Translations under genes and position numbers: made by a program | Assembly (NCBI GenBank): GCA_023136205.1 | Contig: JAGLRQ010000117.1 | Span: forward strand, 1-10,365 | DNA: 10,365 bases | Reading direction: 5' to 3' | Origin: Candidatus Auribacterota bacterium | Lineage (GTDB): Bacteria; Auribacterota; UBA6266 | Shown: in pieces, positions 1-5,364 of the stretch | How the letters are laid out: the number at the start of each line of letters is the position of its first letter | Numbering within the stretch: the first letter of the stretch is position 1 | The notes under the pieces: generated by a model | Database searches by the model: none | Told to the model about the DNA's origin: nothing | The model's input: the letters and a program-made list of their open reading frames with translations, nothing else

Positions 1-440
1 GAAGAAAATACCGTTCCGCACTGCATGCACTTATATAACGGCTGGCCTGTTTCTTTCTTGCACTGCGGGCAGGCAACATCTATGGAACCTTTTTTCTCAT
101 AAAACTTAAACTTACAGCTGTTGCACTCATATAGCTGCAGCCCGTATTGAGTCGAAGGTTTATAAACCTGCTGATGAGCTGGCCGTTTCCTTGCCTTTCT
201 ATTTCTTGAAATTATACCGGCCCATGTGGCCAGAATTATAATAACAAGAACTCCCGCGATAACAACCTGGCGGTTTCCTTTTAAAATTTCCATAGGGGAT
301 TTACTGGTAGATATATGCTGGGATGCAACCTCAACCACAGGGAAAACCGACTGGGCAGAACAGATGGGGCAGGGGACTCCTTCTTTCCACTCTATATCCC
401 CATCATACCCGCATTTTCTACATTTACAACGCGTAACCAT
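1..440 (-). CDS. Membrane-anchored multi-zinc-ribbon protein, function unknown (5' complete, 3' end runs off the window)
   Basis: Absent from the supplied ORF track because no stop lies inside the window. I translated the reverse complement codon by codon from the ATG at 440-438 and it stays open to position 1 (146 codons plus 2 nt): MVTRCKCRKCGYDGDIEWKEGVPCPICSAQSVFPVVEVASQHISTSKSPMEILKGNRQVVIAGVLVIIILATWAGIISRNRKARKRPAHQQVYKPSTQYGLQLYECNSCKFKFYEKKGSIDVACPQCKKETGQPLYKCMQCGTVFS. Pattern: CxxC-x13-CxxC, one hydrophobic helix followed by a basic patch, then CxxC-x14-CxxC-x10-CxxC. No obvious Shine-Dalgarno upstream. The + strand track ORFs 226-453 and 315-506 are shadows of this frame. Confidence 0.6.
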   Translation of the reverse strand, partial: MVTRCKCRKCGYDGDIEWKEGVPCPICSAQSVFPVVEVASQHISTSKSPMEILKGNRQVVIAGVLVIIILATWAGIISRNRKARKRPAHQQVYKPSTQYGLQLYECNSCKFKFYEKKGSIDVACPQCKKETGQPLYKCMQCGTVFS

Positions 441-522
441 GAGAAAAAACTAATACAAAATCATTTAAAAGACAAGAACTATTTTCCCCTGTGTTTTTAT
501 GGATAAAATTACTTCAAAAATA

Positions 523-531
523 TGATATAAT
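523..531 (+). promoter_or_regulatory. Candidate extended -10 promoter element (TGaTATAAT) for the 591-2318 gene set
   Basis: TG at 523-524, one spacer base, then a perfect TATAAT at 526-531, in the AT-rich divergent intergenic region 441-590. This lies about 60 nt upstream of the GTG start at 591. No good -35 is seen, which is tolerated by extended -10 promoters. Sequence-pattern call only. Confidence 0.3.
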
Positions 532-590
532 ATGTGTTTTATTAAGCGGAGTTTAGATAAAATTAAAAAGTTAAAAAGGAGGCATAGGTT

Positions 591-1178
591 GTGAAATTCC
601 CCAAACTCGTTACTTTTGCGTTCGCTTGTCTGTCCTGCCTGACAGTTTTTGCTTCCAGCATAATAGAAGAGGCTTCAAGGGAAGCCGAAGCCGGAAATTA
701 CAAAAAGGCTTATAGTCTTTTAAGCAGCGATTACTATAATCTTCAAAGAGATCTGGAGGAAAAACAAAAATTGCTCGATGTATACAGGCGGGAGCTTGAT
801 AAACTTGAAAAAGAGAGGGACAATCTTCTTAGAAGCGCCGGCATGGGACAAACAAGCGCGGATGCCGAGAGGATATGGAAAGAAGCCTGGCGGATACAAA
901 GAACTGCAATCCATGAAAAAAGAGGAAAAGAAAAAAAACAAATGTTGCTCGAAGCGATAGAGACCTTTAGGGAGATTATCGTTAATCATCCATTAAGCGT
1001 AAGAGCATCCAATGCTCAATACAGAATAGGAAGGCTATACTATAAATTCCTGGACAACAAGAGAAAAGGATCCGAAGAATTCCGTAAGTTTGTGAGAGAT
1101 TATCCGGATGCGGATCCTGATCTTATAAGAGACTCAAACAAATGGATAAAACAATATGAAAAAAAATATGAAAAGTAA
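591..1178 (+). CDS. Secreted coiled-coil plus TPR-like protein (YbgF/CpoB-like architecture)
   Basis: GTG start at 591 preceded by AGGAGG at 577-582 with 8-nt spacing. N-terminal signal peptide MKFPKLVTFAFACLSCLTVFASS. Charged heptad-like segment (LQRDLEEKQKLLDVYRRELDKLEKERDNLL). C-terminal part (EAIETFREIIVNHPLSVRASNAQYRIGRLYYKF...FRKFVRDYPDADP) matches the YbgF/BamD-type TPR-like pattern (xxF xx xx xxP x S x xA xA xY xxG). The architectural resemblance is by eye only. Confidence 0.7.
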   Translation: MKFPKLVTFAFACLSCLTVFASSIIEEASREAEAGNYKKAYSLLSSDYYNLQRDLEEKQKLLDVYRRELDKLEKERDNLLRSAGMGQTSADAERIWKEAWRIQRTAIHEKRGKEKKQMLLEAIETFREIIVNHPLSVRASNAQYRIGRLYYKFLDNKRKGSEEFRKFVRDYPDADPDLIRDSNKWIKQYEKKYEK

Positions 1179-1770
1179 GCCCGCGGAGTGCTCTGATCAA
1201 AAAAGACCTCACCGCATAGCTTTTTTGCTCCTCTTTTTACTGTTTTCTTTTGTGGTTATCTGTTTTATCGCAAGTTCCCACGTATTTCCTTTAGAATACA
1301 GAAACCTGGTTATTTCGTGCGCGAACAAGTTCAATGTTGACCCGCTGCTGGTAGCCGCGGTTATTTATGTGGAGAGCAGCTACAAAGAAAACAGCATCTC
1401 TAAGGCGGGAGCAATGGGATTGATGCAGGTAATGCCCCCGACAGGCAGGGAAACCGCGAAAAAGTTAAAAATTAAAAATTATGATGATAAAAACCTTCTG
1501 GTTCCTGAAATAAATACACGTATAGGAACAGCCTATTTATCCCGACTTATCAATAAATACGACGGGAATACAAACAAAGCGCTTGCGGCATATAACGCGG
1601 GAACATCAAACATCGAAAGATGGATCGACAAAAATGGAAACCTTTCACTAAAAAAGGTTGACTTCAAAGAAACAAAATCATATATAAGGAAAACAAAATT
1701 TTTCCATAAACTCCTGAAATTAACAACTTTTGTTACCGGGGAATATAAAGAAAAGCAAACAGAAAAATAG
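1156..1770 (+). CDS. Membrane-anchored lytic transglycosylase (SLT domain, GH23 family)
   Basis: Hydrophobic N-terminal anchor IAFLLLFLLFSFVVICFIASS. Canonical SLT motifs are present: catalytic E-S in VIYVESSY (Glu73), GLMQVMP, and AYNAG. It overlaps the upstream gene by 23 nt. An alternative ATG at 1168 would give an 11-nt overlap. Confidence 0.9.
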   Translation: MKKNMKSKPAECSDQKRPHRIAFLLLFLLFSFVVICFIASSHVFPLEYRNLVISCANKFNVDPLLVAAVIYVESSYKENSISKAGAMGLMQVMPPTGRETAKKLKIKNYDDKNLLVPEINTRIGTAYLSRLINKYDGNTNKALAAYNAGTSNIERWIDKNGNLSLKKVDFKETKSYIRKTKFFHKLLKLTTFVTGEYKEKQTEK

Positions 1771-1787
1771 CTGTTGAGTTTCCAATT

Positions 1788-2318
1788 ATGAACAAAAAAC
1801 AAAAAAAGAAGGACGGTAGTTTTCCAGCCAACTTGATTATAATAATCGCTGTTTTTATTGCGATTACGGGGGGGCTTTTTTACTATTCCAAAAACCCTTT
1901 TACACCTGAGTTTTTCTCTTCGCTTCCTTCAATTTCTCCTGTATCAATGGATACCGCCGCGATAGTGTCATCTTTTGGACAGAGTAATTCTATAAGCAGA
2001 ATTGATTACAACAATCCGGGAATTGATTTTTCTGTCCCATCTAAAACTCCTGTTTTTGCTTCAGGAGGGGGGGAAGTTCTTATTGCCGGTTCCCACGGGC
2101 GGTATGGCCTAACCGTTTTAATCGGACACCCCGCGGATTATACAACAATATATTCAGGCCTTGGTTTCGCGAGAGTAAATGTCAGCGACCTGGTAAAAAA
2201 GGGCGATATAATCGGCACCTCCGCGGAACTGGAAAAAGATGGGAAATCGATTATTCATTACGAAGTAAGAGTGGGCGGTAAACCCATTGACCCCGAAGAA
2301 TTGATTGATTTTAAATAA
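1788..2318 (+). CDS. M23/LytM-domain protein with degenerate catalytic site, N-terminal membrane anchor
   Basis: Lys-rich N-terminus followed by the helix ANLIIIIAVFIAITGGLFYY. The C-terminal half follows the Peptidase_M23 pattern (GIDF...TPVFASGGGEVLIAG...YGLTVLIGHPADYTTIYSGL...VKKGDIIGTS...HYEVRVGGKPIDP). Conserved His positions are substituted, as detailed in the findings. Confidence 0.85.
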   Translation: MNKKQKKKDGSFPANLIIIIAVFIAITGGLFYYSKNPFTPEFFSSLPSISPVSMDTAAIVSSFGQSNSISRIDYNNPGIDFSVPSKTPVFASGGGEVLIAGSHGRYGLTVLIGHPADYTTIYSGLGFARVNVSDLVKKGDIIGTSAELEKDGKSIIHYEVRVGGKPIDPEELIDFK

Positions 2319-2330
2319 ACGCAGATTTTC

Positions 2331-3572
2331 CTACCTCCGGGTCAATACTATTGCTTGAAATCTATACCACAGAAGCCAAAACAAATCAAAATCATCATAA
2401 GAGATTTCAAGCTTCCTGTTTCCAAAATTCGGATCTATCACGGAAATAACACCTTTTTGGTCATCAAACCCTACAGCGAGCCTGGCATGCCCAAATGGCC
2501 GTTCCATGCTGGATATCTGAAAAACTAATACCGGATTCCCCATACTAATTTTTTCCTTCAAGTCGGTAATTGAACTGCTATAAGAGTTGTATGGAATTTT
2601 TCTTTCGTCCAGGTATTTTTCAACATTTTCAGCTGTTGTTCCCAGATGCCTTTGTATATTAATCCTCTCAGCTAATTTAGAAGGGGATACAACAGGTATC
2701 GCGTAATATCTCAAAAGCATATGGAGGGAAGTAGCGACACAATCGGGTTTATTTCCCTGATCTGACTGTTTCGGCAAAGAAAGCTTCCAGAATTTTTTAA
2801 TTGGCGGTTTGCCTGCCGCTTCCAGCTCAGAATTTCTTGCGAAAAGAATAACTTTTCTGATTTCGGAGTTTATTGTTTCAAGGCAGTTTCCTTCTTTTTC
2901 CAATTCAGGTATATTTTTAATTTTTGACAGGGCAAGAATATATTTTTTGACCGCGGGCAGTAGTTTCGGGTCCAAGTTTTCCTTTTCCGATTGAAGTTTT
3001 TCTAAAAGCTGATCAATTCTTTCAGACAGCGATTTCGGGTCTAAGTTTCCTTTTGCCGATTGAAGTCTTTCTATTAATTTATTAACTCTCTTAAACAGCC
3101 TTGGCTCTAATTCTCGTTTTGCCGATTGAAGCCTTTCTATAATTGTATAAATTTTTTCAACAGACGCTTCTTCGGAACCTTCAGGATTGAATACGTAAAT
3201 AGAGCTCACGCGAAAAAGTTCAACATTTGCAAGAAGATTGCATTCTTTCAATTTTTCAAGGGACTGTTTCAGGTTTAAACGGACTGTTTTTTTTACAGAG
3301 GTGTTCTCTGCTATTTTTCTGGTAAACTTTCTGTGCAGCCATCCTTTTTTTGCGCCTGAATCATCCTTAAAAGAAATAAGATACCAGTCCCCTTTGATTT
3401 TTGCGCAGCTGACCTTTTCCCCCGCATCAACAAATCCAACAATATTTTTACGGTCCATAACGGGAACTCTTTCGTTCCCGGCGGGAGAAAACACCTCAAC
3501 ATAATCTTCCTCTGAAAAGCCGGGAGAAACCAAACACAGGAAAAAAGCAAATATAGCAATTTTTATATTCAT
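2331..3572 (-). CDS. Secreted SH3b-like / helical-repeat / C39-like (papain-fold) cysteine peptidase domain protein
   Basis: Signal peptide MNIKIAIFAFFLCLVSPGFS. SH3b-like segment (VGFVDAGEKVSCAKIKGDWYLISFKDDSGAKKGWLHRKF). Three 22-23 aa repeats (ERLQSAKRELEP..., ERLQSAKGNLDP..., EKLQSEKENLDP...). The C-terminal region matches the Peptidase_C39_2 pattern: Q(x8)C in QSDQGNKPDCVATSLHMLLRYY (Cys278, codon checked at 2739-2741), GNPVLV, GHARLAVGFDD (His362) and VISVIDPN (Asp380). Confidence 0.85.
   Translation of the reverse strand: MNIKIAIFAFFLCLVSPGFSEEDYVEVFSPAGNERVPVMDRKNIVGFVDAGEKVSCAKIKGDWYLISFKDDSGAKKGWLHRKFTRKIAENTSVKKTVRLNLKQSLEKLKECNLLANVELFRVSSIYVFNPEGSEEASVEKIYTIIERLQSAKRELEPRLFKRVNKLIERLQSAKGNLDPKSLSERIDQLLEKLQSEKENLDPKLLPAVKKYILALSKIKNIPELEKEGNCLETINSEIRKVILFARNSELEAAGKPPIKKFWKLSLPKQSDQGNKPDCVATSLHMLLRYYAIPVVSPSKLAERINIQRHLGTTAENVEKYLDERKIPYNSYSSSITDLKEKISMGNPVLVFQISSMERPFGHARLAVGFDDQKGVISVIDPNFGNRKLEISYDDFDLFWLLWYRFQAIVLTRR
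2943..3137 (-). repeat. In-frame tandem coding repeat, three copies, period 66-69 bp
   Basis: On the + strand, TTTCGGGTCCAAGTTTTCCTTTTCCGATTGAAGTTTTTCTA (2964-3004) and TTTCGGGTCTAAGTTTCCTTTTGCCGATTGAAGTCTTTCTA (3033-3073) are near-identical. A third, more diverged copy with the core GTTTTGCCGATTGAAGCCTTTCTA ends at 3139. They encode residues about 146-210 of the 2331-3572 protein. Confidence 0.75.
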
Positions 3573-3615
3573 AATAAATAACCTACCATATTGGCGGAAG
3601 ACATTAAAGTAACAT

Positions 3616-3645
3616 TTGACATCGCAGAGGATAGTATGATATTAA
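3616..3645 (+). promoter_or_regulatory. Candidate sigma70-type promoter upstream of the thioesterase gene
   Basis: Perfect TTGACA at 3616-3621. An 18-nt spacer carries TG at 3637-3638, followed by TATTAA at 3640-3645 (extended -10 configuration). Pattern match only. Confidence 0.35.
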
Positions 3646-3657
3646 TATAAGCTATTT

Positions 3658-3683
3658 TTAGATATATTTAGATATATTATAAT
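3658..3683. repeat. Exact 10-bp tandem direct repeat (TTAGATATAT x2) abutting a TATAAT hexamer
   Basis: TTAGATATAT at 3658-3667 and again at 3668-3677, immediately followed by TATAAT at 3678-3683, 8 nt before the ATG at 3692. This could be an operator, a second promoter, or a simple AT-rich duplication. Confidence 0.5.
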
Positions 3684-3691
3684 AGCCATAA

Positions 3692-4117
3692 ATGGTTATC
3701 GCTGTTATGAATACATTGACAATCCGTATAAGATATAGTGAGACTGACCAGATGGGAAGAGCCTATTACGCGAACCATTTTGTGTGGTTTGAAGCGGCGA
3801 GGTCAGAATATTTCAGGAAACTCGGCCTTTCATATAGAGAGCTGGAGAAAGAAGGTTTTTTTCTGCCTGTTTTGCGCGCTGAATGTGATTATAAACACGC
3901 GGTTTCTTATGATGATATAATAAAGATTGAATGCGGGGCATTTTTAGACTCAAAAACAAAAATCAAATTTGAATATAACATAAAAAAAGAAGATGGAAGT
4001 TGTGTCGCCACCGGTAAAACACTGCATGTTTTTATCAATAAAAAAGGCGAACCTCTAAGGATTCCGAAAAAGGTGAGTAAAGCATTATGCAAAAGAGAAA
4101 ACATCAATACTGCGTAG
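3692..4117 (+). CDS. ybgC: Acyl-CoA thioesterase, YbgC/4HBT (hotdog fold) family
   Basis: IRIRYSETDQMGRAYYANHFVWFEAARSEYFRKLGLSYRELEKEGFFLPVLRAECDYKHAVSYDDIIKIE is the classic YbgC-type signature, including the catalytic Asp in ETDQMG. By comparison with typical YbgC N-termini the true start may be the ATG at 3707 (MNTLTIRIRY). Neither ATG has a clear Shine-Dalgarno. Confidence 0.88.
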   Translation: MVIAVMNTLTIRIRYSETDQMGRAYYANHFVWFEAARSEYFRKLGLSYRELEKEGFFLPVLRAECDYKHAVSYDDIIKIECGAFLDSKTKIKFEYNIKKEDGSCVATGKTLHVFINKKGEPLRIPKKVSKALCKRENINTA

Positions 4118-4215
4118 CTCATGTTACCGTAAGTAATATGTTATTGCGTTGAAGAAGGAAATAAAAAATACCTGAAGTGGATAAAAGAAACCGTATCCGG
4201 GAGATAGGTTAAAAA

Positions 4216-5184
4216 ATGAAAATCTACAGTAAAATATTTATTTTAGTTCTAGTTGCCGCGGCGACAATGTCTTTTTCCGGGGAAATGGACAAAAAAACAC
4301 AAAAGCGCTACGAGAAAGCTTCAAAATACTGGATAAAAGGAAATGAGTATTTTCAGGAAGGCAAATACGACAAGGCTAAAAACCTTTATGATAAAGCCTT
4401 GAAAATCTATGACAAACACCTTGAGGCCATGTTGAATATAGGTGTCATTTATGAGAAACAAAACGATCTTAAATCCGCGGAACAGATGTACAAAAAGATA
4501 ATAGAGATTTCCCCTGACACAGCCGATGCTCATCACAACCTCGGCGCGATATATGAGACTCAGGGTAAAATCGATGCGGCAGTCCTGGCATATAAGGAAG
4601 CTATAAGTGTTGACCAGTATTACGCGAGGAGTTATAGTAATCTTGCCGGTATTTATATAAACAAAGGGCTGTTTGATGAAGCTATTGAAAATTCCCAAAA
4701 AGCCGTAACTTGCGCCCCGCATGATATTTTCGGATACGTGAATCTTGGAAACGCGTATCTTAAAAAAGGCGAATACGATAACGCTATAGAACAGTACAAC
4801 CATGCTATTGAACTTCAGCCCGACGCGTCCTTTTTATATAACAACAGGGGAAACGCGTACCTCAACAAAATGATGGCGGAGTTCGCTATTATGAGTTTTG
4901 AAAAAGCAATAGAGCTCGACCCCGAGAACTATGCCGCGCACAGCGGACTGGGAGACGCTCGTATGCTTAAGGGCAAAACCGAAGACGCGATAAAGAATTA
5001 TGAGAAGGCTATGGAAATTAAGCCGGGTTACAAACTCGGCTATTTCAAGCTGGGCATGGCTTATAAAGACACCGACCGCGAAAAAGCCCTTGAATATTTT
5101 GAAGAATACAAGAAAAGGGCGCGGGATAAGAAAAATTTAGAAATACTTGATAAAATTATCACGGATATGAAAATAACAAAATAG
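4216..5184 (+). CDS. Secreted tetratricopeptide repeat (TPR) protein, about eight TPR units
   Basis: Signal peptide MKIYSKIFILVLVAAATMSFS. It is followed by consecutive 34-aa units with the TPR consensus (e.g. AHHNLGAIYETQGKIDAAVLAYKEAISVDQYY, GYVNLGNAYLKKGEYDNAIEQYNHAIELQPDA, LYNNRGNAYL...FEKAIELDPEN). GGGAGATAGG lies just upstream of the ATG. Confidence 0.9.
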   Translation: MKIYSKIFILVLVAAATMSFSGEMDKKTQKRYEKASKYWIKGNEYFQEGKYDKAKNLYDKALKIYDKHLEAMLNIGVIYEKQNDLKSAEQMYKKIIEISPDTADAHHNLGAIYETQGKIDAAVLAYKEAISVDQYYARSYSNLAGIYINKGLFDEAIENSQKAVTCAPHDIFGYVNLGNAYLKKGEYDNAIEQYNHAIELQPDASFLYNNRGNAYLNKMMAEFAIMSFEKAIELDPENYAAHSGLGDARMLKGKTEDAIKNYEKAMEIKPGYKLGYFKLGMAYKDTDREKALEYFEEYKKRARDKKNLEILDKIITDMKITK

Positions 5185-5203
5185 TAAAATGGAGGATATA
5201 AAA

Positions 5204-5362
5204 ATGTCATTACATCCAAGTTTTGGGAAAAACAGCAACATACAAAAGAAAAGAAATGTATTAAAACGCCATCAAAGGATTGACATACTCAAAGAGAAAG
5301 GCACGTGGTCCGAGGATAAGGATTCTATTTACCGCCTTCCAAAAACTAAAAACGAAGCCTGA
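5204..5362 (+). CDS. Small basic protein, 52 aa (resembles the family annotated as 'small basic protein', TIGR04137, from memory)
   Basis: Not in the ORF track because it is too short. ATG at 5204 is preceded by GGAGGA at 5191-5196 with 7-nt spacing, and the TGA stop is at 5360-5362. Translation: MSLHPSFGKNSNIQKKRNVLKRHQRIDILKEKGTWSEDKDSIYRLPKTKNEA. It is very Lys/Arg rich and fills an otherwise unexplained 180-nt gap. It ends 2 nt before the next gene's GTG. Confidence 0.65.
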   Translation: MSLHPSFGKNSNIQKKRNVLKRHQRIDILKEKGTWSEDKDSIYRLPKTKNEA

Positions 5363-5364
5363 AC

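Noticed and set aside
226-506. Track ORFs 226-453 (+) and 315-506 (+).
   Set aside because: They lie antisense to the fully open minus-strand zinc-ribbon frame (1-440), which has clear CxxC periodicity and a transmembrane helix. The + strand translations are low-complexity with no motifs or ribosome-binding site, so they are shadow ORFs.
720-1802. Track ORFs 720-989 (-), 778-960 (+) and 1533-1802 (-).
   Set aside because: They are embedded in or antisense to the well-supported 591-1178 and 1156-1770 genes. Their Phe/Lys-rich translations are typical of off-frame reading of AT-rich coding DNA.
1868-2073. Two G7 homopolymers (1868-1874 and 2067-2073) in the dLytM gene as possible phase-variation switches.
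   Set aside because: Each simply encodes Gly-Gly (GGG GGG). An identical G7 occurs in the housekeeping rnfD gene (9050-9056), so it looks like Gly codon preference. Seven residues is at the low end for slipped-strand switching.
2943-3139. Possible miniature CRISPR-like or regulatory repeat array (three repeats with a period of about 67-69 bp).
   Set aside because: The repeats are in frame within a continuous ORF and translate to a repeated helical peptide. The stretches between them are also homologous in part. There are no cas genes and no leader.
2809-4122. Track ORFs 2809-2994 (+), 3238-3504 (+), 3311-3559 (-), 3738-3920 (+) and 3907-4122 (-).
   Set aside because: All overlap the 413-aa peptidase gene or ybgC in other frames or strands. 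They have no motifs and no ribosome-binding sites.
4119-4150. Possible terminator hairpin after ybgC (CATGTTA-ccgtaag-TAATATG).
   Set aside because: It is only a 7-bp AT-rich stem with a G-U pair and no following U-tract, which is too weak to call.
4321-4803. 160-aa ORF antisense to the TPR gene.
   Set aside because: The sense frame shows unmistakable 34-aa TPR periodicity. The antisense ORF is a by-product of stop-poor codon usage on the opposite strand.
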